A DNA stretch of 64,000 bases from Myxococcota bacterium (GTDB taxonomy: Bacteria > Myxococcota_A > SURF-8). This document shows, piece by piece, positions 19,982-30,038 of this stretch; the first letter of the stretch is position 1; each line of letters begins with the position of its first letter. Under the pieces are notes generated by a model, which worked only from the letters and a program-made list of their open reading frames with translations, searched no databases and was not told where the DNA came from. The stretch is from the NCBI GenBank assembly GCA_963674735.2, contig CAXXQS010000001.1, forward strand, positions 992,001-1,056,000, given 5' to 3'. A program made the translations under genes and the position numbers.

Positions 19982-21346
19982 TTACTTGGTTCCGTAGGCT
20001 TTCAGTTTGCGATGCAAAGTTTGAAGCCCGATACCAAGAACGCGTGCGGTCCGACTTTTATTGTTGTCCAGTGCTTCGTATGTTTGCAGGATATGGCGCC
20101 GTTCGACGGTTTCCAGGGGTTCGAAAGTTATGGTTTCACCCGTGGTGACTGTGGGTGCCGCTTTTTCAATTGTGGGACTGATTTTGATGCGCAATTCACG
20201 CGGCGTGATCACCCCTTTTTCGGCCAAGTTCACAGATGCTTCCATGACTCCTTTGAGCTCGCGTATATTGCCGGGCCAAGCGTAGTTGGTAAGTAGATCG
20301 GTTGCTTCCGGGTGCAGATGCATCTGCGGCTTCAGGCTGTTTTTGATGAATGCTTCTGCCAAAAGCGGGATATCGTCTCGTCGCTCGCGCAAGGGGGGGA
20401 GGTGCAGGTGGGCGAATTGCAGGCGGTAAAACAAGTCCTTGCGGAACTGGCGCTGCTGGACCATCTTCTCCAGATCCTGATTCGTGGCGGCGACGAAACG
20501 CAAATCGGCTGCCTGCGGGCGTGTTGCCCCGACGGCGGTGAATTCGCCTTCCTGTAAGATTCGTAGTAGCTTCCCTTGAATTTCCAAAGAGAGATCGCCG
20601 ATTTCATCAAGGAAAAGGGTGCCGCTTTCCGCCTGCGACATATAACCCTTCTTGTCTCGGTCGGCACCGGTAAAGCTACCTTTGATGTGGCCGAAGAACT
20701 CCGACTCGAATAAGCTTGGAGACAATGCCAGCATATTGACGGGTACGAAATTCGCGCGTTTGCGGCGACTGCTATCGTGAATCGCGCGTGCCAGCAGTTC
20801 TTTGCCCACACCGGTTTCGCCTGTGATGAGGACCGGAATGTCGGAAGAGGCGTGCAATTCGGCTTCGTGCAACAGGCGTAGCATACGCGTATTGCCGGTA
20901 ATAATACCGCTGAAAATCTGCGGTTGCTTGAGTGTTTGTGCGGCGGCTGTTTCCGAGCGAAGCCGAAGGCTTTCGAGCAAACGCTGGCGTTCCAATGCGC
21001 GGTCGAGGGCATGGGTGAGTTGTTCGGGCGTGATCGGTTTGACCATGTAGTCATAGGCTCCCAGTTTGATCGCTTTGATGACCAAAGGGATACTATCGTG
21101 AGCGGTGATCATGATGCACTCGGTTCGTGGGCTTTTCTCTTTGATGATGTGCAACAAGTCGAGCCCGTCCATTCCGGGCATGGTGACATCCAGAAACACG
21201 GCATCGAAGCTCTGTTTCTCCAAAATTGCCGGGACGGTGGTGGGGTCGGACGCGGTGTGCAGATTTTCGTAGCCTTCGATACGCAACATGCGAACTACGC
21301 TGTCGAGAAAGGCTTGCTCATCGTCCACAATCAGTATCGACGTCAT
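19982..21346 (-). CDS. Sigma-54-dependent NtrC-family response regulator
   Basis: Receiver domain, GETGVGKE, GSFTGA, LFLDEIG, WPGNIREL, Fis-type HTH. Confidence 0.95.
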   Translation of the reverse strand: MTSILIVDDEQAFLDSVVRMLRIEGYENLHTASDPTTVPAILEKQSFDAVFLDVTMPGMDGLDLLHIIKEKSPRTECIMITAHDSIPLVIKAIKLGAYDYMVKPITPEQLTHALDRALERQRLLESLRLRSETAAAQTLKQPQIFSGIITGNTRMLRLLHEAELHASSDIPVLITGETGVGKELLARAIHDSSRRKRANFVPVNMLALSPSLFESEFFGHIKGSFTGADRDKKGYMSQAESGTLFLDEIGDLSLEIQGKLLRILQEGEFTAVGATRPQAADLRFVAATNQDLEKMVQQRQFRKDLFYRLQFAHLHLPPLRERRDDIPLLAEAFIKNSLKPQMHLHPEATDLLTNYAWPGNIRELKGVMEASVNLAEKGVITPRELRIKISPTIEKAAPTVTTGETITFEPLETVERRHILQTYEALDNNKSRTARVLGIGLQTLHRKLKAYGTK

Positions 21347-24057
21347 GCGTTCTGCTCCTCGCGATAGGCGGGCAAATCGATGGTGAAGGTCGTTCCTTCA
21401 CCTTCCATGCTTTGCAAGTCCATCCGGCCTTCGTGTTCTTCTACAATGCGGTGCGAAATGGCCAGTCCCAAGCCGGTTCCCGAATCGCGCCCTTTGGTCG
21501 TGAAAAAGGGATCGAAAATCTGGTCGCGAATCGATTCCGGGATACCGCTGCCGTTATCGGCCACCGTCAGTCTTAGCCAGTCGGATAATTCGGGATGCGG
21601 TTGGGCTGTCAGTTTGACCCAACTGTTTTCTTTATCGGCCGCCTGACCGGCATTGATGATCAGGTTGATTAAGACCTGTTCGATCTTACCCGCGTTCATC
21701 ATAACCGGCGGGAGGGTGTCGGCCACGGAAACTGTGAGGTTTTTCACCATTTTCTGCACTTGTTTGCCGATCAGCGTCATGACATGACGGATGACGGTTT
21801 CGATGGACTCGGGTTTACGTTCTTCTATCTCGTGGCTCCGGATATAGTTTTTCAGCTCCCCGACGATACCGGTGATGCGTGAGGAACCATGAGACATGTT
21901 GTCGATAAGCTTGAAGGTGTCGTCCAGGAAGACATCATAGGGCATATTGAGAAAGTGCAAGTTTGGTTTTTCTGCGGCGGCCTCGTCGAGAATCGGCTTG
22001 ATGGCTTCGATGTAACGGCGCAGGATCGGCAGATTGAAGTAGATGAAATTGTTCGGATTGTTTATTTCGTGGGCGACACCGGCAATGATCTGACCCAGTG
22101 CGGCCATTTTTTCCGAGCGGAACATCTGCTGTTCGGCTTGTTTACGCTCGGTAAGATCGAGGAAAGAGGCGACACGTTGGTTGGAGTCGGGTACGAGGTT
22201 GACCATTATCAAGCCGACGTGTGTTTTACCGTTACGATTGACTAGCCGTACTTCGTAGGTATTGGGCGCGTGGGTTTGACCGGATCTGTCAGAATCTATG
22301 TGCTCATTAATGCGGCACACTGAGTCCTTATCGAAAAAGGTGGTCCAGGGCATGTGAGTTTCAATTTCTTCGCGCGGATATCCTACCAGGCTTGCAAAGC
22401 CCGAATTAGCCAAACTGATGATGCCGTTTTCTCCGAAAATAATGGTTCCGGTCCCGGTTGTTTCAAAGATCGTTCGGTAACGGGATTCCGAGGCTTTGAT
22501 GGTTTGTTCAGCTTGTTTGCGTTCCGTAATGTCGAAACTGGTTGAAATATAAGCTTCTTCTCCTTCGTATTCGAATTCTGCCGCCGTCAGTTCGATCCAG
22601 CGTGTTTCCCCATTTTTAAGCCGGACCTTAAGCTCGACCCTTTCTGGAAAAGGCTTGTCATCTTTCATGTATCCGAACTTGAGTCGTTCCATCAAGGTTT
22701 GACTTTCCGAATCAAACATCTCGCTGGGAGATTTCATGGCCTTTAAGTCGTCGATTGAGTAGCCGGTATTTTTGATCGCTGCCCGATTGGCGTATATCAG
22801 ACGTTCGTTGGTGGCGATGAAGATAGCCGCACTGGTGCTGTCGGCCAGAGCGCGGAATTTCTGCTCGCTTTCGACTAGAGCTTGGGTGGTTTTTTTATCT
22901 TCCGTGATTTCCTGGCCAACCCCTTCCATGTAATCTTTTTCCGGAAAGGCGCGGGCCGAGAAACGTGTCCAGATGATCTGGTGGTCCTTTCGGTAGAATG
23001 AAACTTCGAAGTTGTCGATGAGATTGTCGTTTTCTTCGATGTGTCGGTATAGACGATCTCGCTCGTCCGGGGTGACCCAGGCAGATTTCATGCTGAAGTT
23101 ATCGAGAAGGTCATCAATGGTGTCAAAGCCGAAAATAAGCGCCATGGTACGGTTGGCTTCGAGTATTTTACCGTCGCTCATGCGAATGCGGAACAGGCCG
23201 ACCTGAGCATTTTCAAAAATGGTTCGGTACTTGGCTTCCGATTCCTTGAGTGCGGCTTCGGCTCGTCGTCGATCCGTGATATCGAAACTGGTGATGATTT
23301 CCGCTTCTTCACCTTCGATCAGCAAACGACCGATGGTGGTCTCTACCCAACGTTCTTCTCCCGTCGCTGTCCTTAGACGTAGTTCAATCTTCTCGGGCCA
23401 GGGCTGTCCGTCGGCCATAGCGGCAAATGTCTTGACGAGAGTCTGGAGGCTGTCGAGATGAAGAATGTCCTCGTTTTTCAACTGGTTCAATTCTTCCAGG
23501 CTGTAGCCGGTGATGGCGCTGGTCGCCCGGTTTGCGTAGATCACTCGATTGCTTTTATTGATGTGAATGGCGGCGCTGGTCGATTCTGAAAGAACGCGGA
23601 ATTTTCGTTCGCTTTCCATCAACGCTTCTTCGGCACGTTTGCGCTCTGTGATGTCGAAACTGGTGGACAACAAGACGGGGCGGCCTCCCACCTCCAAGCG
23701 TGCGCGACTCATTTCGAACCAGCGTTGATCGCCATGCGCATTGATGATGTCGACTTCCATGCGTGTGGGTTCCGGTTCGCCGCGAGCTGCCAAGGCATCG
23801 GCATGTTCAACAATGGTACGACCCTCTGCGCCCAGCAAACGGTTGGCATCAATTTTACGCAATTCTTCCCAGGAATAACCCGAATTCTGGATCGCAGCCG
23901 GGTTGGCATATACCACGCGGGAGGCTTCGCCGTCGGGTTCGGTCATGAGGATCATGGCGCTGGTGGTTTCCGCCAAGGCACGGAATTTCTCTTCGCTTTC
24001 AATCAGGGCCGCCATGGCCGTCTTTTCGTCGTCGATACTGGTTCCCAAGCCCTCCAT
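21343..24057 (-). CDS. Sensor histidine kinase, C-terminal part (5 PAS/PAC + HisKA + HATPase)
   Basis: Five ...DITERK-type PAS repeats, AHEINNP, NLIINA, DNGSG, PFFTTK, GTGLGL; stop overlaps the regulator start (ATGA). Confidence 0.92.
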   Translation of the reverse strand: MEGLGTSIDDEKTAMAALIESEEKFRALAETTSAMILMTEPDGEASRVVYANPAAIQNSGYSWEELRKIDANRLLGAEGRTIVEHADALAARGEPEPTRMEVDIINAHGDQRWFEMSRARLEVGGRPVLLSTSFDITERKRAEEALMESERKFRVLSESTSAAIHINKSNRVIYANRATSAITGYSLEELNQLKNEDILHLDSLQTLVKTFAAMADGQPWPEKIELRLRTATGEERWVETTIGRLLIEGEEAEIITSFDITDRRRAEAALKESEAKYRTIFENAQVGLFRIRMSDGKILEANRTMALIFGFDTIDDLLDNFSMKSAWVTPDERDRLYRHIEENDNLIDNFEVSFYRKDHQIIWTRFSARAFPEKDYMEGVGQEITEDKKTTQALVESEQKFRALADSTSAAIFIATNERLIYANRAAIKNTGYSIDDLKAMKSPSEMFDSESQTLMERLKFGYMKDDKPFPERVELKVRLKNGETRWIELTAAEFEYEGEEAYISTSFDITERKQAEQTIKASESRYRTIFETTGTGTIIFGENGIISLANSGFASLVGYPREEIETHMPWTTFFDKDSVCRINEHIDSDRSGQTHAPNTYEVRLVNRNGKTHVGLIMVNLVPDSNQRVASFLDLTERKQAEQQMFRSEKMAALGQIIAGVAHEINNPNNFIYFNLPILRRYIEAIKPILDEAAAEKPNLHFLNMPYDVFLDDTFKLIDNMSHGSSRITGIVGELKNYIRSHEIEERKPESIETVIRHVMTLIGKQVQKMVKNLTVSVADTLPPVMMNAGKIEQVLINLIINAGQAADKENSWVKLTAQPHPELSDWLRLTVADNGSGIPESIRDQIFDPFFTTKGRDSGTGLGLAISHRIVEEHEGRMDLQSMEGEGTTFTIDLPAYREEQNA

Positions 24058-25207
24058 ATAGCCTTTCTCGGGAAAAAACCTTGGCGCTGAAGCGCACCCA
24101 AACGGGCGAGCCGTCCTTGCGGATATAGCGAGTTTCGAAGCGATTTACCGCTGCCGTGGTCTGGATTTCATGTTGCAAACGTTCATGATCGGCCTGATCG
24201 ATGTAGTTTTCTTCGAGGTTATATTCTTCGATGAATGTCTTGACGTGGGTGTAGCCAAAGGTTTCGGCCATGGCTTTATTGGCGTCCAGGATTTTCCCAT
24301 GGGTGTCTGTGCGGAAAAGACCGACCTGGGCGTTTTCGAAAATCGTGCGGTAGCGCCGCTCGCTTTCGGCTAGTTGTTCTTCGCGTAGAATCAGTTTGCG
24401 CGACAGAAGGGCCAGTCCTAAGCCTAGCAGAAAGCCGAGGATAAGGGCGAGGTTGACCATGGCAGAGGCGGCGAAGGTGCGTGCGGGTGCGAGTGTGAGC
24501 GTGTAAACACGATCGCCCACTTCGAATGCGTGGGAGGCGCGCATGGGGTGGTGGTCCAGATGGCCAGGGTTGCCGGATTCGTAGACGGGGATTTGGCCAT
24601 CGACGATGCGAACGGCATAGTGCTTGCGAAGATTGGAATCCAGACATTCATCCACGATGGGGTTGATACGAAAGGCCATATTGATGACGCCCTGATGCTC
24701 CCCGTTTTTCACCACCGGGAAATAGGCGGCGATGCCGGTGCCGCCTTGGTATAACTCGATGGGCGGTGTGAAGCGGATATCCCCGGTGGATTCTGCCGAT
24801 CTGAAAAACGGACCAGCAAAAGGGTGTGTACGCAGGTTGCGGCCTAAAGCTTCACGGTTGGGTTTTAGCGGGACCACCCAACGAATGATTCCGTCGGTGT
24901 CCACCCAATTGATAGCCAGCATGCCTTTAAGGTGCCGCTGAATTCCTTCTGCCAGTTGGGTAAAAGCGGCTTGGCTATCGAGGCGTCCGGACTTTCGCGT
25001 TTCCACCAGTTCCTTGGCCCGCAGGATTCGTACTTCAAAATAATCTTCTAGACGGATTGCGACCTGCTCGGAAGTCAGGATCGTATAGGCATGGGCGGAC
25101 TTGAACTCCCGGTGTCGGCCGAAGATGGAAATGCCGATGAAGATGGTGGCGATCAAAGCGAAAATCGCTGTTGGTACCCAGATGGACCGCCGGGAACGCT
25201 TTTGCAT
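23999..25207 (-). CDS. Sensor kinase N-terminal part (TM-CHASE-TM-PAS), frameshifted from the kinase part
   Basis: CHASE-like segment (N..ALG.NL...PPIELYQGG); the PAS domain goes out of frame at a T6 run (24073-24078). Confidence 0.85.
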   Translation of the reverse strand: MQKRSRRSIWVPTAIFALIATIFIGISIFGRHREFKSAHAYTILTSEQVAIRLEDYFEVRILRAKELVETRKSGRLDSQAAFTQLAEGIQRHLKGMLAINWVDTDGIIRWVVPLKPNREALGRNLRTHPFAGPFFRSAESTGDIRFTPPIELYQGGTGIAAYFPVVKNGEHQGVINMAFRINPIVDECLDSNLRKHYAVRIVDGQIPVYESGNPGHLDHHPMRASHAFEVGDRVYTLTLAPARTFAASAMVNLALILGFLLGLGLALLSRKLILREEQLAESERRYRTIFENAQVGLFRTDTHGKILDANKAMAETFGYTHVKTFIEEYNLEENYIDQADHERLQHEIQTTAAVNRFETRYIRKDGSPVWVRFSAKVFSRERLYGGLGNQYRRRKDGHGGPD

Positions 25208-25260
25208 GAAGATACCTCATCGGCAGAGCGCAGTTGAAAGCCGCTGCCTAGGTTGTATCG

Positions 25261-25291
25261 AAAAGTGGGGAGCTTGGCAAGCCCCCCACTT
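25261..25291 (-). terminator. Intrinsic terminator after the large repeat lipoprotein gene
   Basis: Minus strand AAGTGGGGGGCTT-GCC-AAGCTCCCCACTTTT. Confidence 0.75.
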
Positions 25292-25327
25292 AGGATGTCG
25301 AGATTAGGGAAGAATCGTATCGTTCCG

Positions 25328-28300
25328 CTATTGGAGCCGAATGCCGAACCAGCGGGCGAAGTCCTGGCCTCCGCATTGCTGGGCCTGGAACCAGCCGCTC
25401 ATCATGCAGCCACCGGTCAGCGTTCCTTCGGCGAGGGTGTAGCAGTAGGGTTGTACGCTGAATTTGATGGTGTTGCCCTCACGAGAACCGCTTAGCAGAG
25501 CTCCGGCCTGATTCCAGGTGTTGGAGTAGGCTCCGCTGATGTCCTGTTCATTCTGGATAAGTTGGAGTGTCCAATTGCCCCACCAGTGGTTGTCGGTAAC
25601 GAGATACCAGGTGCCGGTAACATCTTCGATGTCGGCGGCACAGGTTTCGGTGTTCAGACAGCCAGTGCGCAGCAAGATCGTCTGGCCGGGCAAAACGTTT
25701 TGATAGGAGGTATTGTTGGCCTCGAAGAAGGCGTTGTAGATGCCGTTGAAAACCGTCAGGCTGTAAGCTCCCGCTCCTTGAGCGCCGATGCCTGCATAGG
25801 TCGTGTCGCCGCTGAGACGGTTGGTGATGTACATATGTCCACGTTCGTTGTCTTCGTAGTATTCCTCGGTGTTATTGGGCATACGAGCACCGTTGAGTGT
25901 CACGGTTCCGCTGATCGTAGCCGTTCCCAGGTCGATGTTGCGGGTGGTGGATTGCTGGAAGGTGGCGGCCATGTCGAGCATGATGACCTGAGGCGGCAGA
26001 ACGTTCTGGTAACTGTTGTTGTTACCCTCGAATTTAAGGACGTAATTGCCTGAAAAGATCGTTTGGGAAAAATTAGCCACTCCTTCGCTGCCGATGGTCG
26101 CGCTTAACTGATCGCCGGTGTCCATCCGGACGAATTGGATCCATCCACGACTGTTGTCTTCATAGTATTCCTGGGTGTTATTCGGCATGCGAGCGCCGTT
26201 GAGCGTGACTGCTCCATCGATGGTGACGGTTTTAAGGTCGAAATCGCGCGTGGTATCGACGTTGAGAGTGACGGAATCATCCAACACGATTTCCATGGAT
26301 GGCAGGACGTTTTGGTAGCTGCTGCTGTTGGCTTCGAACTTCAGCCGATAGTCCCCGACAAACACCCGATTCGAATACGTACCCGCGCCCGTGTAGCCAA
26401 CGGGAATGGCTAGATCATCGCCGCTGTCATTCCGCATCAGGATGACCCATCCACGCGTGTTGTCTTCATAGTATTCCTGCGTGTTGTTAGGCATGCGGGC
26501 TCCGTTCAATGTGATCGTGCCGTTTAACGTCGCTGTTATGAGGTCGAAGTTGTAACTCTTGTCCGCATGAACCGCGAGATCGGTTGTCAATACGATAACT
26601 TGGCCGGGCAGGACGTTTTGATAAGAGGTGTTGTTCGCCTCGAAGCGAAGCTGGTAGGTGCCCTGAAATACGTTGATGGAATAGCTTGCCGCTCCGGCAT
26701 AGCCGACGTTGGCATAGTACGTATCGGCCGTGTCGCCGCGAATTACAACAACCCAACCTCGATTGTTGTCTTCATAATATTCTTGCGTGTTGTCGGGCAT
26801 GCGTGTTCCGTTGAGCGTGGCGGTGCCGCTTAGCGTGGCCGTTTTGAGGTCGGCATGAAACGTTGTGTCACCGTTGACGGCGAGATCTTGTTCCAACACG
26901 ATGGTTTGGTTGGGCAGGACGTTTTGATACGAGCTGCTGTTACCCTCGAAGTTCAGGCTATAGCTACCCGTGAATACCTCGACCGAGTAGCTTGCGGCGC
27001 CTGTATAGCCGATGCTGGTGTAGTAGGTGTCCGCGCTGTCTTGACGAATGAGAACGAGATGCCCCCGGGGGTTGTCTTCGTAGTATTCTTGAGTGTTGTT
27101 GGGCATGCGCGCGCCATTGAGAGTCAGGGTGCCGTCCAGGGTCGCCGTTTTAAGATCGAAATTCCGTGTGGTGTCGGCTGCGAACTGCAGGTCTTGCGCC
27201 AGGATGATGGTTTGGTTGGGCAGGACATTCTGATAGCTCGAATTATTGCTCTCGAAATGTAGATCATAGGTGCCTGCGAACAGCGTCGTGGAATAGGTGG
27301 CCGCTCCATCGCTGCCGATGGAGATGTAGTAGGTGCTTTGGGTATCTTTACGGATGAACACCAGGTGGCCACGGGAGTTATCTTCGTAATATTCTTGAGT
27401 GTTGTTGGGCATACGGGAACCATTTAACGTGATTGTGCCATTGATGGTAGCGGTCTCCAAGTCGATGTTGAGGGTGATGTTGCTCTCAATGGGATCCAGA
27501 TCGCAGATCTGTACGCACTGACCCACTTCCACGTCGCAGGCGGAGAAACGGTCGCAGTCGCCGCAGTTTTCGCCGCAAACCGGGTCGGGGCCACATTCCC
27601 GTTCTCCGCATTGCGGCGTGCAGGTGTGGATGCAAGCGCTTTGATCGAAAGACTTGCAGTTCGCCGCGCAGGCCAGATCGCCGCCCCAGTGACCGAAATC
27701 ACTGCAGGTCTTGTTGTCCAGATCGGTACCGTCACAGGTTTCACCGTCGTTGATGCGATTGTTGCCGCAATCTCCGGCATTTTGGCAAGCGCGGCGGTCG
27801 AAATCGGAGCAATTTGGCAAGCAACCCAGGGTACCCGGTCCAAGACCCAAGCCGACACAACTGGCTCCGCCGAGATCGGTGCCGTCGCACACCTCCCCGG
27901 ATTCCAAGCTATTGTTTCCACACTCGATTTTGGGGCCGCAGGCCGATGTGTCGAAAGCGCCGCAGTTCGGTTTGCAGGACAGAGATCCGGGGTTATACCC
28001 CAGCGACTGACAGGTGTTTTCATTCAAGTCAATTCCGTCGCAAAGTTCGACGCCGTCCGTTTTTCCATTTCCACAGGTTTCCGGGGCTTCACAAAAACTG
28101 CGGTCAAAGTCCAGGCAGTCTTCCTGGCATTTGAGAGGGCCGGGTCCGAAACCAATGGAGGCGCAAGTCTCGCTGTTCAAGTCGGTCAGGTCACAGATTT
28201 CGCCCGGTTCGACTCGGCCATTGCCGCAAACGATTCGTGGTCCGCAGGCCGATTCGTCGTAATCCGCACAGTTGGGCAGGCAAGCCAGTGTGCCGCCGTT

Positions 28301-28819
28301 GCGTCCGAGGTCCAAACAAGTCGTGCCGTTCAGTTCCGTTCCGTCACAGGCTTCCGGCGCTTCGACCTGGTCGTTGCCGCAGCTTGCCGGTGCTCCGCAG
28401 CCTGCTAGATCATAAGCGTCACACTCGCTTTTGCAGGCCAGAGGACCGGGACCGAAGCCCAGCTCAAAACAAGACATATCGCCGATATCCGTTCCATCGC
28501 AGGTCTCACCGGGTTCCAGGATGCTGTTGCCGCAAGCGATGGGTTCCAGGCAGTCGCTGGTATCGAATCCATCGCAATCGCGGTTGCAGCCCAGGTTGCC
28601 GCCGCTGAAACCTAAATCGATGCAGGTTTTGCCGTCTAAGTCTTCGCCGTCACACACTTCTTCGCCATCTTGATCGTCGTCGCCGCACTCCGCATCTTTG
28701 TTTGACCCATCCCCATCCGAACCGGAAAGAGCATCACAGCCGGTCATCGCGAGAAGCAAAGCGAGGAGTGTCATGGAAAGGAGAAAAACCGGTAGGGTTT
28801 CAGTCCGTTTGGTGGTCAT
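25328..28819 (-). CDS. Large surface lipoprotein: 7 Cys-rich repeats plus 6 x 102-aa beta-sandwich-like repeats
   Basis: Lipobox MTG-C; SD AGGAG before ATG 28819; repeats visible in both protein and DNA. Confidence 0.85.
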   Translation of the reverse strand: MTTKRTETLPVFLLSMTLLALLLAMTGCDALSGSDGDGSNKDAECGDDDQDGEEVCDGEDLDGKTCIDLGFSGGNLGCNRDCDGFDTSDCLEPIACGNSILEPGETCDGTDIGDMSCFELGFGPGPLACKSECDAYDLAGCGAPASCGNDQVEAPEACDGTELNGTTCLDLGRNGGTLACLPNCADYDESACGPRIVCGNGRVEPGEICDLTDLNSETCASIGFGPGPLKCQEDCLDFDRSFCEAPETCGNGKTDGVELCDGIDLNENTCQSLGYNPGSLSCKPNCGAFDTSACGPKIECGNNSLESGEVCDGTDLGGASCVGLGLGPGTLGCLPNCSDFDRRACQNAGDCGNNRINDGETCDGTDLDNKTCSDFGHWGGDLACAANCKSFDQSACIHTCTPQCGERECGPDPVCGENCGDCDRFSACDVEVGQCVQICDLDPIESNITLNIDLETATINGTITLNGSRMPNNTQEYYEDNSRGHLVFIRKDTQSTYYISIGSDGAATYSTTLFAGTYDLHFESNNSSYQNVLPNQTIILAQDLQFAADTTRNFDLKTATLDGTLTLNGARMPNNTQEYYEDNPRGHLVLIRQDSADTYYTSIGYTGAASYSVEVFTGSYSLNFEGNSSSYQNVLPNQTIVLEQDLAVNGDTTFHADLKTATLSGTATLNGTRMPDNTQEYYEDNNRGWVVVIRGDTADTYYANVGYAGAASYSINVFQGTYQLRFEANNTSYQNVLPGQVIVLTTDLAVHADKSYNFDLITATLNGTITLNGARMPNNTQEYYEDNTRGWVILMRNDSGDDLAIPVGYTGAGTYSNRVFVGDYRLKFEANSSSYQNVLPSMEIVLDDSVTLNVDTTRDFDLKTVTIDGAVTLNGARMPNNTQEYYEDNSRGWIQFVRMDTGDQLSATIGSEGVANFSQTIFSGNYVLKFEGNNNSYQNVLPPQVIMLDMAATFQQSTTRNIDLGTATISGTVTLNGARMPNNTEEYYEDNERGHMYITNRLSGDTTYAGIGAQGAGAYSLTVFNGIYNAFFEANNTSYQNVLPGQTILLRTGCLNTETCAADIEDVTGTWYLVTDNHWWGNWTLQLIQNEQDISGAYSNTWNQAGALLSGSREGNTIKFSVQPYCYTLAEGTLTGGCMMSGWFQAQQCGGQDFARWFGIRLQ
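25660..27454 (-). repeat. Six tandem 306-bp (102-aa) coding repeats
   Basis: LNG.RMP[N/D]NT[Q/E]EYYEDN.RG and SYQNVLP recur at 306-bp spacing. Confidence 0.95.
27632..28687 (-). repeat. Seven ~51-aa Cys-rich repeats (Myxococcus Cys-rich-like)
   Basis: CG[N/D]..E..E.CDG.DL...TC..LG...G.L.C...C..FD...C repeated seven times. Confidence 0.9.
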
Positions 28820-29090
28820 GATCGGTCTCCTGATCGTCAAGGTGTTTGTTGCGGATTTCAGTGCTGACTCAATCGATTATGCCCCTCACATAACATGATC
28901 CTCGTTCATTGACCAGTGAAATGTTGGCAAGCGCCTTTGCTTTGGCAGCTTGTTATTTTCACTTGCCTTTTCAGCGCACTTTCGTGTATTTTCGTTCATC
29001 GAAAACGTGATTGCATCCATGCAAAGCTTTCGCTTTCGAATCGCTTTCACCCGTCCCTCTTCACCAGGTTTTGTTTCATGGAGGGTTGTT

Positions 29091-29951
29091 TTGTCAAGAC
29101 TCGATCGTGATCCTCTAAACAGTTCCGATGCAGACTTCGATGTCCAATATGTACCCGTCGAACCGGGTGTTCGGCTGCGCGTATTATGCTGGTCGCCGAA
29201 GATGGAAAACAAAGGCGAGCCGTTGGTTTTTGTGGCCGGTTGGGTTTCCGTTGTAAATGGCTGGGCCGGACTTTTAAGCGCTTTGGTGTCGGATCGACCG
29301 GTTTATTATATCGAAACAAGGGAAAAAAGTTCGGCCGAGATCCTTCAGCGACGGCTGAAACCGGCTTTTTTTAGTATTGATCGCATGGCCCGCGATATCG
29401 GACAGGCGATTAAGGAACTGCATCTCGATCCGTCTCGGACATTTTTAGCGGGTAGCTCACTGGGGGCAACCACGATTCTCGAATCGTTGAAGTCGGGCTA
29501 TCTGAATGCGAAGGGCGCTTTTCTGATCGGTCCGAATGGAGACTTCCCCGCGCCTCTGGTCATGCGCATGTTGATCTATCTGCCGGCCTTCAGCTACCAT
29601 CTCGTCAAGTACCTCGTTTTGTGGTATTTGCGTCATTTTCGGGTTGATGTACAAAAAGAGCCCGAACAGATGGCGCGCTACGATGCGACGTTGCGTTCGG
29701 CCCATCCGTTGCGGATCAAGCTGTCGGCGCGTGCCGCAGCCGGCTACACGCTTTGGGATGGACTGGAGCAATTGCATCTGCCTGTCGCGTTGCCATATGC
29801 TCCGACGGACAAGCTGCACGATTCCAAGGCGATCGAACGCATGGCCGGTTTGTTGCCGCAGTCCGAATTGGTCGCCTGTGAATCCAACAAATATCTGCAT
29901 TCGGAAAAGCTGGCACGTGAATTCAATGCTTTTGCTGCCGGACTATCGTGA
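29091..29951 (+). CDS. Alpha/beta hydrolase
   Basis: LVFVAGW, LAGSSLGA elbow; TTG start placed after SD GGAGG. Confidence 0.75.
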   Translation: MSRLDRDPLNSSDADFDVQYVPVEPGVRLRVLCWSPKMENKGEPLVFVAGWVSVVNGWAGLLSALVSDRPVYYIETREKSSAEILQRRLKPAFFSIDRMARDIGQAIKELHLDPSRTFLAGSSLGATTILESLKSGYLNAKGAFLIGPNGDFPAPLVMRMLIYLPAFSYHLVKYLVLWYLRHFRVDVQKEPEQMARYDATLRSAHPLRIKLSARAAAGYTLWDGLEQLHLPVALPYAPTDKLHDSKAIERMAGLLPQSELVACESNKYLHSEKLAREFNAFAAGLS

Positions 29952-29983
29952 AAATCCACCATTTGTTCGTCGTTTGGTTCCAC

Positions 29984-30014
29984 AAAAAACGCCCGCCTCA
30001 TGAGAAGACGGGCG
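29984..30014 (-). terminator. Intrinsic terminator of the hdr-like/PocR operon
   Basis: Minus strand CGCCCGTCTT...GAGGCGGGCG followed by TTTTTT. Confidence 0.75.
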
Positions 30015-30038
30015 CGTCACGGTTGGCTACTTTGTCGC

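Noticed and set aside
25660-27454. Regularly spaced conserved DNA motifs as a CRISPR array
   Set aside because: The 306-bp period is in frame inside a CDS, copies differ at synonymous positions, and no cas genes are present.
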